DNA of 63,452 nt, filler included, from Reticulomyxa filosa (taxonomy: Eukaryota; Protista; Foraminifera), in assembly GCA_000512085.1 (NCBI GenBank). It is 20 parts of 20 records of this genome, joined end to end, with 100 filler letters (N's around TTAATTAATTAA, not from the genome) between each part and the next. Parts side by side here need not be neighbours in the genome. Positions count along the whole stretch, not along the records: positions 50,028 to 60,963 come from ASPP01022904.1; positions 61,064 to 62,284 come from ASPP01022508.1; positions 62,385 to 63,452 come from ASPP01024632.1; 17 more parts are not named here. One strand, written 5' to 3'. Under the pieces are notes generated by a model that did not search any database, had not been told where the DNA came from, and was given only the letters and a program-made list of their open reading frames with translations. The position numbers and the translations under genes were made by a program. Position 1 is the stretch's first letter. Every line of letters begins with the position of its first letter. Shown here one piece after another: positions 50,028 through 63,452 of this stretch.

Positions 50028-50735
50028 TCCATTCATTGAATTAATAATGCATTTGGTGTCATTTGAATTCCATTGTGGAATATGTAATTCATTGATAATC
50101 ATTGACCATAAGTATTCAATATCATCATTACTTTCATCTTTCTTTTCATCATTATCATTGTCATTAATGTGATGAAAAATATTGATAATTTTTCTCAAAG
50201 GGATGTGCAATAGATATTGAAATTGATGATCCCACATTTGACGAGTTCCCCACAAATATGCAATTCTTTGAGATAACACACTTTTTCCACTCCCTGCTTC
50301 TCCTTGAATACTAATGTGACGTACTTTTGATTCATTTTCTTTGTCATTCCAAATATCTTGCAATTCGATATTTTCAGTTTGATTTCTATAGATTAATGAA
50401 TAATCTAATGGATTTGGCCATTTTCCATTTTCTTTTATATAGTCTTCATATTTTTTATCTTCTTCACTGTTTTCTTTTTTTTCATTGTTGATCATCTTAT
50501 ATTTTTGTTGCTGGAATTGTTGTTGGGTCAAAAGGGCCAATCGAATGTAGCAAGTATTAATGGATTGTTCAGGATCATCGAATAATGGAGCCAACTTATC
50601 TTGTGATTGGTAGTATCGCTTTAATTTTTCTTTTTTTGGATCCAGTTTTTTCTTTTCTTTTTTTTTGTTACGTTTTTTTTCTTTTACTTTTGGGATTTCA
50701 TTTGCAAGTGTTTCCTCAGGATACTTCTCTTCCAT
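50028..50735 (-). CDS. NACHT (STAND) NTPase, N-terminal part (3'-truncated)
   Basis: 'LKRYYQSQDKLAPLFD...INTCYIRLAL', Walker A 'HISIQGEAGSGKSVLSQRIAYLW', 'FQYLLHIPLRKI'. The contig ends just before Walker B. Confidence 0.88.
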
Positions 50736-53700
50736 TTGGTTTGATCTTTTCTGAGATTGATATATTTCTTTTTTTTTTTGTGTTTCTTTTGTTGTTCACT
50801 CTTGAAGCTTCAGCAAGAAGTTCCCCTTTCTGGTTTTTCCGCTCAAGTTTGAAATGATTAGGGTGGGAGTTTGTTTAAAGTTCTTTAGAGTATTTTTTTA
50901 GAATCTTTTTTTTTTGAAAGTAAAACACTGTCACCCAGAATGTTTTGTAAATTTCAGTATTTCTACGACTAGTTTTCTTTTTATAGGCTCAGGAAAACTT
51001 TTTGACATACGTATAATTCAACAATGTAGATATATTGTTATTTTGTGTGACACGTTGGTGGACGGCAAAAAAAAACTCTATCATAACAATAATTCCTTCA
51101 TTGAAAAACATCTCACACAAAGTTCAATGTCCTCACCAACTCGCTCATATGCCCGTCTGTCAATGATGACAAGTACTTTGATAACAAGTCCGTGTCTCTT
51201 TACTCACCAAACCTCGACGTGTGTTTCTTGGTAATATTCCCGTAACTTCGAAGGATACTAGCTCTCTTTTCTGTTTTGGACAACTAAGTCATGATTATTT
51301 CAGAATTTTTGGATGTATCCATTAGAAAACAAGTTCCAAAAAATACTTTTCTTGCTTACGCTTTGTGAGACCGTCAGTGCAAAAACTGGGAAGTAGCTTG
51401 CACAGTTTTTAGTTTGAGCTGACCACCTGGTATAAAATTTCAAGTACCACTTTTTCACATTTTTGCAAAGGGAGGGAAAAAAATCTTATTTGAGTGATTT
51501 TTTGCAATTTCTCAATCTTAAAAGAAAATTCTGCTTTTTTTTCCTAAGAAGAAACTTTGGCACATTATTTGTTTTTAAGCCAAAAGAATTTTGTGTAAGG
51601 GTTCCGCTTTAGTAAAAGTTTTTTTTTTTGCAATCTTCAAAAAAAACATTAAACAAAACTATTCTTGAGCATTAAATTTTGATTTACCTCCAAAAAAAAG
51701 TGTCTCGTTGCAAAAATGCCGTTTTCGTACAAAATGAAATCACAAAACATTTAACAATATATTTACATACAAGTGTGCAGTTTGTTACGACATCACTGAT
51801 CTACGATCTATTGAACAAAAATATTAAACAACAAGTCCAAGTAGTAAATTTCATTTATTCAAGATCAATTATTTGTTAATGGCTGAAAGAAGTAAATACC
51901 TTTGATTGATGTTTCTTGTGTTATGGATCAGCAAAAGTTTTCCAATAAAGAAACTTTGTTTAGCATTTCCGCTTCAAATGGAACTGCATTTAGTAACATC
52001 ACCACTCAATGAGAATATTCCATACTTTATACGATTGTGGTTCATTTTTTATTTTTTTTGAACCAGTTTCTAAAAAATAAACCAGTTTTTATTTGACAAA
52101 GGGGGAACGTAGTTCCATTTTTTAAATTTTTTTATTTGTCATTGTCGTAGTTAGTTACAACTTTGGTTGGCAAGAAGCAAACGCTTCGTTCTTTGGATAT
52201 TAATAAAGTTTACTTGCTTTGATAATGTTGATCTCTTACTTTTATTTCAACATAAAAACAAAGAGAACGAAAAAGACGTTTTATCGAAACATGCCATTGT
52301 CCAATGTAAGTCACTGTGACAGTATTAATGTGCTGCAAAGCGTCATTTCACCAAATTTTTACCAGATAATGCTAAGTAGTCAATCTTTGTTCAGTGTCCA
52401 CAAGCAATACACATTACAAAATCAAAAACCATTCTTATTGCATTTAATATAGCATTAAAAAAAGATTGTATCGGTCTGTTCTTGTGGTCGTTTTTTTAAT
52501 GTAAAAATAAACGATCTTTTGGTTGAAGTAACAATAATCTTTTTGTTCAAACGGTAAATGACTAAACTTTCTTGCTTACCACTTTCCAAACTGTTGATTA
52601 TACGTATTATATGCCTATTTTTTGGTGTTGATTATCTTTTGTCATAACGAAAGTTCTTTACTATGACTCATCAACGAGTTGTCATTAAATGTACAGCCTA
52701 ATTTCTCATTAAATGATCAGTCATTTACAAATGATTTGAGATTTGTTTGACATGTTTTTGGATTGGATCTTCGTCGCTGACAATCGAGAAAATACGTACA
52801 TTTGATAGATTTTGAAAAAATGATGATGGTACATCTCCAGATAGTTGCTTCAATGAGATGATCCACGAAGTCGGCATGATACTATATTTTCAATAGACAT
52901 TAATTCAATCCAAGCGCTGCTCGTCATCAAAATATTTACTCGCAGTTTCCAATAAAGTTTTTTTTTGTTTTCTTTATTCATTGCAAAAACGAATAGAAAA
53001 ACTTTGGTTTTTCTATCCATTCACAGTCGTGCATTATTTTTGATGGGTTAGCATAGTACTGTACAAGTATGGTTCTGCTGTAGTTGGAAATTAAATAAAC
53101 GTGTTATGAATAATGAATTTTCGACAAGCATTATTTTAATCACGTTGATGTAGCTTATCTTTTTTATTTGAAATGTGTTATTTGAAAACACGACTTTTCG
53201 CGTTTTGAGGTACGTATATACAATAGAGAAAAATATCATCATTGTCATCGTTGACTCAATTGTTCGTTTATGAAGTAAAGAATGGTATAGACGTTTTGTC
53301 GACAGTCGACATTATAAAGCTTATTTACCTCTTTTGTTGTTTTTACAGAAAAAGACATGGTAATTTTGTGCCAATTTTTTACACATGTTGAAATTCGTTT
53401 TTGTTTTTTTCTCTATCATTTCCTCATAACGCATTCGCAAAAAAAAAGAAAACCTTCACACTACAAGTTATTGTATATTTTGTATTGATATGAAATTATT
53501 GCTCAATTGTTCGCAGAATAAGTATTCACGAGATGCAAAATTTTTTTTGAAATGTGTTGAGTTGCGAACGCAATTAACTTAACAAAAGTATCACAACACA
53601 GGCTAAAGACAATGATGAAACGGAAGAGTTGCCTCCAAACAACAAATATCGTAATTAGAAGGCAAAAGACGTCATTCTTGATCTATTTTTTGATAAAAAT

Positions 53701-54169
53701 TAAAAAAGGAACAACCCCCTTTTGAGTCGTTTTTGATAAAATTGTAATTTTCAATTTTTTTTGTATTTGGTGCTAAAAATATTTCTCCGCATGTGATTTC
53801 GTTTTTTTTTTAAATGAAAAATGATGACTGAGAGACGCTCTTGAATTTTTCAGAATTGGGTCATGTTTTGTGATTTGTGGATATTTTTGAGCCAATTTTT
53901 ATAAAAAAAAGCACTTTTTTCCAAAAAAAAAAATTTCCAAAAGTGTTCGATATGGGGGATGTAGTCCAAGTTTTTAATATTGCTTTTTGTAATGCTTCTT
54001 TTTTGGCACAAAGAATACAGCTTCAATGGCCTTTGCTCATAGAAAAGAAAAGAGAAAGAGCGTTAGAAGCAAATCATGGAAGTAAACAGACGATTGACGA
54101 CATGTTCGACAAGTATGTGGACCACATTGCCTAGCACAAGATTGGGTAATTGGAAAAATATCAACATAA

Positions 54170-54270
54170 AGAGGATATTCCTCCACAACCACAGCCGAGA
54201 AGGAAATTGTGATGAAAAATTGTCCTATGTTGCTTTGGACTATGATGATGAATTGAAGAAAGCTGAGACA
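54170..54270 (+). pseudogene. Actin gene fragment
   Basis: RGYSSTTTAEKEIV/(deletion)/EKLSYVALDYDDELKKAET matches actin '[27 protein letters not shown]'. Confidence 0.85.
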
Positions 54271-57200
54271 AAGTATATTTGTGTGAAAAGAAAAAGGTAA
54301 TAATTTTTTTTTATCTTTAAAAAAAATAAAATAGAGAAATTTAAGACAACATGCTCGATTGTGCCACTTGTTAGAAATTGAACAATTGGTAGTACGTGTG
54401 AATAAAAAGGATGATTATTCAATCAACTACGCTCAAGTCCTTTGTTTGCAATGAATATCGCAGATGTTTGAAACAAATTACATTGATGCGAAAGAATTAA
54501 AGGAAAATGATTCAAATAAATTAAATTTTTTCAAATAAAAAACTTCAATAAAGAGAAGGCCAAACACACTAGCACCAAAATAAAATGGAACACATTTTAG
54601 ATCAATTTCTTTGATGCTTTGAATAACATCAATGTTTGATTTTGCAACAAGAGCTTGCACCATTATACACTTTTTCATATTATACTTTCAATTGTTTTGA
54701 AGAAATTTTAATAGAGAGTGGCCAGGAATTTATATTGTCGCATTTGATACATTTGCTGCATTTTTACCTTTCACCTCTGCGCACGCTTCCATTCGTTATG
54801 TTTTCATCGCCATTCTTTTCTTCATTGACAACTGCATTATGATTAGTTTTATTAATACAGAGCTTTTGTATTATTGACTACGAAATCATTGATACACAAC
54901 ATTACCCAAATGAATTTGATATCCAACATTGTAACAATTTTCTGCTGTTTGAATTAGACGCTATGCCCAATCTTTCACAATTGGCTCCACATTTCCCTCA
55001 CGAAGAGTATTACTATCGCTGCAATGCAATGACTAATATTTTAATTGTTTTTATCAATATGTAAACCATTTGATTTGAAATGAGCAACCAAATAAGGTTG
55101 AATCAATGCACTATTCTTTGGATAAGGTATATTCAATGGAGCTGTGTCTATTCATCAATTATTCCCACTCGCACTAAAATAAAATCCAATATTTTACACA
55201 AACTCAAAAAATACAATGACCTTCATGACCAACCACTCATTTCACAGTATGAATTTAATGATATCAACTTTAAATTCACCAATCTATTCATCACATTGCA
55301 GTTCCAATCATCCATCAAATCTGGAACTGTAATAAATTCACTTGTAATTTTTATATTTGATTATCGACTAATTATTATCATTAGCCCATCTTGATTGATA
55401 AATTGAAAATCTCCATTCAATATCCTGTTTATCACAACATTTGATTAATTCATTTAAACTATCCAAATTGATATTACTATTATCTTTTCAACTCAATTGA
55501 ATGTGATTATTAAATATCATCAAACCAAATATCAGTAATTCAATTGATGAGTTGGAGTATATTGAATGAAAGTATTACTAATCCGAGTGGTTGCAAGTGC
55601 ATGGTAATTCATTGTCACTTGTGTTTTATTTTATAAATATCATCCATGGTCACTCATAGCTTCCATAAAAACGAATATCAACGCTTTCAATGGATTTATT
55701 GTGTCGGCTCTCTTTCACTAACATTGTCTACTTCCTTCTCTTGGTATGTCCATATTTCTTGCACGATTCATTCATAATGTCATGTTTTAAAAAGTAATTC
55801 ATTAATACTATTGTTTCTTTCTTGTCCTTTTCCCCTTCCCTTAGTCTACTCTTTCTTGCTCTTCTTTCTCTTTCTGTTCCTCTATCTTTCATTCCAAACC
55901 TAAGGCAAATCATTTAACGATGAAATAATTCATATCCACATTATTTTGATTAAAACACATCACAACTGAAAATATAATAAAAGTAGCATAACCTTCAAAT
56001 AAAGCTGCTTTTCCTTCGCGTTTGGATATTCTTGTCATTTTTCCCGTCGTTCTGATGTTAGTGATATGCATTCTCTGTTTCGAATTCGAGTAATGGCAAC
56101 ATGCATGCCACGATGAAATTCTCCACAGAATATACATTTATTTCTATTCTTGGTCTATCACATTATATTCATCACACAATTTACATATCCCTTTCCTCGA
56201 TTATATATGTTGCGACAAACCAAGAAAACACCAAAGTTGGAACAATATAATTACGCTGCATTCTACCAATGGATTAAATTCGTGTTGTCTTTGGTATAAT
56301 TATGATTGTTTATTGCTTCAAGTTTAAATATACAGAAATAATACATCAATGGATATTATTGAAGAAAGATTGAGGTACTTACTTTGGCAAATACTTGTTT
56401 CGAAATTACTTGATCTTGTTCTCATGTTTCACATCGCTCGAAGACCACATTGTAGAATTGCAAGTATATCCATAGAAGCCGCTCAAGCAATAATATGTAT
56501 TCTTTTATATTAATTATTCGATGCGTCCAAAGTCGGCGATCAAGTGATAGACAAAACAGCAGCTAAATTAAATATATAATAAAAAAGGTGATATTATTTG
56601 TCGCATTATATCCATTGAGTCTTTTGCATTGTTTACTTCTTGCTAGCGTCCACTTCAATATATTCACCATATCGACATAAATAAATAAAAGATAAAATAT
56701 TATATCGCTGCGATAGTGTTCTTTGCCAAAAAAGAATTTTTCATTGTTTCTCCATGCTGTCTCGATTTTTGCTGTTGTCTAAGTTATTTTTATAACATTA
56801 TACGTATATTTTACATTTGATTTTTTTTTAAACAAATACACACAAAGAAAAAAAAAGTTACTTACCTGGTTTTAAAAACCCGGAATTCAAACCCTTTCGG
56901 TTCCAACAATTTTTTAAAAAAACATAATTTTTGTTTTCTTTTTATTATTATTATTTTTTTATTATTTTCATTATCAAAATGTTTTGTTTTTTTTTTCTAA
57001 TACTATTTTCTTTTTTCTTTTTCACTTTTACTTTTTTCTTTTTTATTATCTCTTTTTTTCCTTTTTTTCCGCATTTTTCCTTTTCTTTTTATTATCTCAT
57101 TTTTTTTTCTTTTTTCTTTTTAAACATCCTTTTTATTATTCCATTTTTTTCTTATTATTACTTTTTTTTTTCTTCCTTTTTTTTCTTTTTATTATTTCAT

Positions 57201-57429
57201 TTTTTTTCTCCACCCACCTTTTTCTCCAACTCCCTTTTAAAATCCATTTTGTGCGCCGAATCTATATGGACACAAACAAACAAAGTTATTTTTTATGTAA
57301 TACAAAATATATTTATAACTAGGCGAAGTGTGATCCAATCTCCAATTTCTGTTCTTTTTTTTTCTCATGTAAAAACACTTACAAACTTTTTTGTTTTAGG
57401 GATAGGGACAAATAAATAGACAAACACGT

Positions 57430-58870
57430 ACACATATATATGTTTTTTCCTTGAAGGGGGGAACCTATTAAACAACAAACACAACAACATTATATAACAA
57501 GATGATGTACATATACATAATAAATATAGATATCACATACAGTTATTCCTCTTTGAGGACACGGGGGTAGTTTCAACCCCTTATTCTTTTTTTTTTCTTT
57601 GTGTGAATGGAGGGGACAAAATATTTTAACGATTAGTCTTGGACGGAGGAACCTATGTTAAAACAACACAAAATTATTTAAACATATTTTAAAAATATAT
57701 ATGTATATGTATATATAGAATAAACATTTATTTCTCCTTTCGGAGACGGAGTGGTTTCTACCACGTATTCTTTTTTCTTTGATTCGTTGTGTGATCCTAT
57801 TGTATACAACACACATAATATAGGATAAGTCGCATACACAAAACACAAAAGATATTACCTTGGTGCTTCGCAATTGCATTCGCCTCTCGTTTGCATCGCC
57901 ACAACCGCAAGTGGACATTCATTGTGAGCGGTTTTCCATTTCATCAATCATTTATACAATCACCTAGCTCATTCGACCTATTCAAGCAACACAAATAATT
58001 TATATTATTATCACAAAAAAAAAAAAAAAAAATACAAAATTACTTGACAAGACCATATTGGTCACATTTGGCGCGGATACTGCAATGAAAATTTTTGATG
58101 TTATCAAAGCATCGTCGAATTTCAATAACAATTTGTATTGTGTATATGAATGTTGGAGCAGTAGTATTGATTTGATTTAAGTGATTGTTGCAATGATTAG
58201 TATTTGTTGATGGCATAAGTGCACGTAGACCATGCCTTGGAGATGTAGCTCTGATGCACAAAAGAAGATGGCCATCACCACTGACTCGCAATTCGATTGC
58301 TAGTCAGTTGTGTTTGCACACATCATCATTTGCGCAAACAGCGCTTCGATCACCATTAAGGCTGGTAATAATTCATGCAATGGCGACTGACTTTTTGTCG
58401 CCAGCGATCGCAACTGATTTGTTCATTTGTCAAGTCGTCTTTTTCCATCCATGTTCAATTTGAACTGCGCCATATCGTACGATCTATACATTTATTTTTG
58501 TTTATTCGTATTTAAGAAAAAAATGTAGTAAAAAAAAAGAACCTAACATTGCAATGTCGAATAACATTTGCAAAATGTTATTGCAAATTAATTTGTGCAT
58601 TGGCGGGTGAAAAGTAGACGATAATGTAATAGCAATGATATTCACACCACTATCGAATTGACACATTTGTACGAACACTGAATTTTTCCACCAATGACAT
58701 ATACAGTTGCAGCAATTCCACGTCCCCAACGTATCGTATTCGAATCAAAGCGAATCGTGATTCTACATTTTTGAAAAGTCCAGCATCATTACCCAAGTCA
58801 TTCTCTTCAACACTCGCAACTTTGTTCTGCACCAACAATATGGTGATATACTTGCTAACCGCCAAGTCAA
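57430..58870 (-). pseudogene. Degenerate multi-exon gene of unknown family; paralog of 61345-62284 (+) and 20990-21235 (+)
   Basis: Shared blocks 'gatcgaagcgctg', 'attgcgagtc', 'cacttatgcc', 'aagaatacg-ggtagaaac..ccgtctccgaaaggagaaataaa'; many stops. Confidence 0.6.
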
Positions 58871-61344
58871 TATGTTTTTGTTTTTTTTTAAAAAAATCAA
58901 TCTTAAATCAAATCAACAATATATACGATCTATCATCCCCCCTTATTATCTTTTGCTATACGTAAACATCCCCTTCTTTTTTTTTTAATGAACATTTTTT
59001 TTTCTTCCATTAAACGTTTCAATCGATGTTATTTACCTGCATGTTGATTTGAATATTGATGTGTATGATATTGATGATATGCTCAATGTAGACTTGAAAA
59101 TATTTATTGTTGTACGTACACTTCCATTGTATTGCATTGGACCGATCATTAAGGTGCTTTTGAGAATGCGTATACGTGAGTTTTTTAATTTCACCAAAGA
59201 CATTCTTCTTACATTGTTACAGAATTGTGGAGATTGCACACACTTCAGCATTTTCGATTTCCATGCGTGTCTGAGAGAGTAGTGACAAATGTATTCGATG
59301 ATGTTGTCGTTGTGCACATGTTGTCATCATTATTCGAATGTATTTGCACGTTTTCCTTTGGACTATCTCTGGTCACAAATTTTGCACTTGGCACAACCAG
59401 AACTACAACTAAGACTTGCAATGTTGTCAATATATTTTCATACACCAGCGATGAGTCCATGTTGCCGTTTAGAGATAGAACCAAGTTTCTACCCAATTGT
59501 TTCTCTTTTGTTTGTCCCCTCTCTTATCGGGCACTCTGAAATGGAAATACGTCAAATGACAATAGCAACAAAAGTTTTAAAAAATGATTTCAGAATCAAA
59601 AGTAGCAATCAATTTTCTTTTTTTTTTTTTGAAAAAGTTATGTTCTTTGTGAATATATTTGATAAATTCAAAATAAAAATGATGTCAGTAATAATCCTTC
59701 TCTTCCAAGGAAAAATCACAAACAAATTTGTGCTAATTGCTCAACTGAATATTTTTGCCAATAAATTTTATTATCTTAATTTTCTTAAGCTACAAACAAC
59801 AAAAACAAGATACAGTCAAAATCAGTTAATAATTACAAAAAAAATTGTCACATAAAAAAAAAGGCCTAAGAACAAAAAAAACAAAAAGAAGCAAATATCA
59901 CAACGTTGATTGACTTAATGCATTTTCTTTGTTTTCCAAGATAAATCAGCTGTCGGTCTTGCTTTTCGCAGCATGGTGCTAACGAGTTAAACAAATACAG
60001 TGGAACGGGTCCTGAGAATAAAAAAGTTCTTTTTTGATGTTGTAATAAATGATCTTTTAAAGTACAGACAGCTATTGAATATCCAACAAAAAGAAGATGT
60101 GAAAAAAGGTGTGCCATTGTGTTGTACCACTTTGGTTGTGTGGATGGTACTAGTAACGACTGGCGTCATGAACGCATGTCCACCGAACGACCCTTGCATT
60201 GGGTGCAATCAAGTGCAAAACTGTCCGACAAATAAAGTCCTTTGCCATATCTTTGGAAATGTTTATAATACACCAGAAAAGGGAATTAACCTTGATGTGT
60301 ACGTGGTCACTAAAATCAGAAGGAATTTTGCTATTTATTTTTGCTATTGCAGAGATTTTTGTGCAAACGCGATTTTGATCTTCTCTGCAAAAGATAAAAA
60401 AACCTCTCAAAGAAATACGCAGAAAAATAACAAATAAAAACAAGACGTGAGAACGCTAAAGAGTATTTGAAAATTTTTTTTTTAGTTATACGAACAGAAC
60501 AAGCCGGAAAAACCCCAATTAGTTTTTTGAACGAAGGGGTGTTTATGAGTTCATTTTGTTGTTCGCTTTTCAAGTGTTGTTTAGTTTTTATACAAATAAA
60601 ATGATAGAAGTTCTCACAATTGAGGTCGGCCAAGCCGATATACAGATAATAAATGTCGTATGTGAACAATACTGTGACTAGCGCATAATTGATAATAATG
60701 GTAAAAGAAAAGAGGACCGTTTTAACGTTTTTTTTGAAGAATCACATAGTTACCAATTTGTTATTAACATATTGAATAAGAAATCATGGATAAAAGCAGT
60801 GAATGATGTCGAAACAATATTGTTTCAAAAATCCAATTACATTCATTCATTAAGTTATTGGAAATAAGATATTTTGAATAAAAAACAAACATTGTTGGAC
60901 ATTAATTACCTTTCAACACTTACAACATGTTTTATGTTGCGTTATTTGATGACATTTCAAAGANNNNNNNNNNNNNNNNNNNNNNNNNNNNNNNNNNNNN
61001 NNNNNNNTTAATTAATTAANNNNNNNNNNNNNNNNNNNNNNNNNNNNNNNNNNNNNNNNNNNNTTTTTCTAAAAAAAAAAACGAAAACAGCAATAGATTG
61101 ACAAGTTGTGAAGTAGAAGTGATGACAAGCAATATATCATCGAATGAAGATTACAAACGATCTGGATCTAGCAAGAATTGAAGACATTATTATCAATTAA
61201 ATATTGCATGTGTCACATTGGCGCGAACGTAGAAATCAGCCATCAATGCTATACATTGTCGCAGCAAGTGTTGTCCAAGATTGCAATGTTAAGTTCTTTT
61301 TTTTTTAACACTTTTTAAAAAAAAATAATACAAAAAAAAAAAAT

Positions 61345-62284
61345 GGATAGACCGTATGATAAAGCAGATCCCAAAAGCGTGTGCGAGTATGCGGTAGCAT
61401 TGCCAAGTGAAGAATGGGCCAAGGCGATGGATGCTTACACATGGTCAAACCAGATTCTATTGTTGGTAGAAAGTGTGGCGGACAGTCAGTCGTCATGGCC
61501 AAATGACTCAGTACATGCCTTTAAGGCGATAGAAGCGCTGTTGGCGCATATGAGTATTTGGGCGATAATGAATACGACGAGCAATTTAATTGCAAGTCGA
61601 TCGTGATTGCCCAGACTCCTTTATGCAATGCAGCGCTACTTTCTCCTAGGTGGCGATACTTCAATGGCACTTATGCCGCAAACAAAATTATCTCGATATT
61701 GACACAAAATGGCTCGCATTCAAAACTATATCAAATCCACAAAGTTCCTCCTACTCATATCTAAAATGTAGCGCAAATTATTTACTGATAATCTCAATGC
61801 TGTGAATAGTTCTACAAATAATTCAAATGGCTATTCAAATGCAAAAATCAGTTATATCTTGTGATGTTGCCAAGTTACTTTTATTTTATTTTATTGCAAT
61901 AATGGACATTATTTTTTTTTTGTTGTTGATTATCTATAGTACATGTCATGAACTAAGCGATGAAATTGCGCAAATGGTCGAAGGAGATAAACCCGACAAA
62001 TGAATACTTGTGGTTGCGAGCGGTTATTGCAATTGCAAATACAAAGCAAAGGTAAATCTTTAATTTATTTGTTTTGTTTAACTTACAACTATGATTGAAT
62101 GCTGTTTACAATATAGTTCCCCCAATGTCATGCGAAGAAAATAAGAATACGGGGTAGAAACAATCCCGTCTCCGAAAGGAGAAATAAAAGTTTGTTTGAT
62201 TTATTTATTTATTATTAACATGTTCAAGTGTTGTGTGTTACATGTTGTGTAAATAGGTTCCCCCGTCCGTCAATTCAAAGTATT
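61345..62284 (+). pseudogene. Degenerate multi-exon gene of unknown family; paralog of 57430-58870 (-)
   Basis: Colinear similarity with the minus-strand copy, including exon/intron layout and the KEYGVETxPSPKGEI motif; frameshifted. Confidence 0.6.
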
Positions 62285-63452
62285 NNNNNNNNNNNNNNNN
62301 NNNNNNNNNNNNNNNNNNNNNNNNNNNNTTAATTAATTAANNNNNNNNNNNNNNNNNNNNNNNNNNNNNNNNNNNNNNNNNNNNGTGCAGTGCATGTGCA
62401 TATGCATGTGAATTTCCTGGACTATCGCAGTTTCATTTTTATTTTTATTTTGGTCTGTTTATTATTATTATTATTATGTATGTGATGATCGTAATTGGAA
62501 GTGAAAAGAGCAGCAATTTAACTATTGTTCGAGTGTTCATCGAATGAAAAAGAGCCAAATTGATTTACTTGTTTTGAAAACAAAGATGCGATAGAATTGA
62601 ATGTTTGTTGTTGTTGCTATTCAATTGAAAGTCCAAATTGCTGTGAAATGCGACGCTTTCGAAGAGCATTTGACTCGACGGTCTGCGGGTCGACAAAGAT
62701 GCCCTTGTCTTGGATCGACTGCTTCGAAGGCCGGCTCGATATGAGCTTGTTCACCGTTGACGACAAGATTTTCGTTTTCCAATGCCTTCTTCACTTTCTT
62801 CAATTCTTTTATATATATGTGTATATTACATTATGTATATATGTATATGTTTTGCTTTCATTTGCCAATGCAATTCTGTTTAACAAATACCTTGTTTGAG
62901 CTCTCTTGTTCGCTCTATTGCAGGGACATTCTCTTGTCGTGGTCGTGCCAATGCTTCTCGCAGCATTGCGTTGTCTGCCTTTTTTTTTATCATGTTATTT
63001 ATTATTGCGATCTTTCAAAGGGAACAAGCTTCGCTTTTTAAAGCACAAAGTCAAACTTCTCAGTTAAGTGTGTCGATACTGAATCTTCATCTTGCTCTTC
63101 TGATTCTAATGTTGACATTTCGTACTAAGCAAGGAAAGTTTGACTATGTCGGGATAGAAAGTTCAGTGCTCCCACTTTCAAATGTTTTACAACAAGCACT
63201 TTTAGTTCATTTATTTCTCTTGGCAACGAAAAAATAAAAACTGACTTTAAAAATCAAATAAAGTTACTTCATAAGAAAATATTGCAATATGAATCAGATT
63301 AAAAAACGGGGAAATTGAAGCGTACGTACTGAAAAGAGGCGTGACCTTACCACAGACAGAGACCTTGTCACTGCCAATGCCTTACACATTATTGCGAGGC
63401 CGATATTTAGCCTTGAAAAAATCTTTGCTTGCTCGACATGGCAAAGACCAAA

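Noticed and set aside
56931-57419. 162-aa Phe-rich 'membrane protein' ORF (and the Lys-rich ORFs at 21276-21729)
   Set aside because: Translation of T-rich or A-rich low-complexity, probably low-quality sequence.
6016-62384. Regularly recurring TTAATTAATTAA palindrome as a biological repeat or CRISPR-like array
   Set aside because: It is always embedded in identical N-padding, so it is a synthetic contig linker. ORFs ending in X...LIN are artefacts of it.
62597-63452. Minus-strand coding-like fragments in the last contig
   Set aside because: Interrupted by stops and frameshifts, with no family I can support.

Overview
This window is not one locus. It is 20 short contigs joined by 19 artificial 100-bp spacers (44 N + TTAATTAATTAA + 44 N), so gene neighbourhoods mean nothing across spacers. 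Most contigs come from an AT-rich, intron-rich, pseudogene-littered protist using the standard code. The gene families (expanded WD40s ending in 'IRIWG', NACHT NTPase, caspase-like/TPR) and intron style resemble the foraminiferan Reticulomyxa filosa; that identification is from recollection and is unverified. Recognisable host genes are a pectinacetylesterase/Notum, a caspase-fold+TPR protein, a GT-A glycosyltransferase, a PUB-RasGEF, a mucin-like membrane protein, a Ubl-4TM protein, a cold-shock protein, an F-box/LRR protein, a USP deubiquitinase, VAMP7, LSM14/Scd6, three kinases, a fatty acyl-CoA reductase, an RRM protein and a NACHT protein. Two contigs are foreign: a GC-rich betaproteobacterial metG and a ciliate-like 18S rRNA cDNA that still carries a SMART adapter. 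The best leads are (1) a Ubl/PB1-like + catalytically dead caspase + beta-rich + TPR protein flanked by decayed WD40 genes, (2) a strong GT-T 5' splice-site consensus with often A-rich acceptors, (3) a 1.09-kb TG..CA element with ~140-bp inverted repeats (Ginger/Tdd-like), (4) a ~140-bp non-coding element in four copies, and (5) a PUB-RasGEF fusion. I cannot demonstrate a complete new multi-gene system from this window alone.
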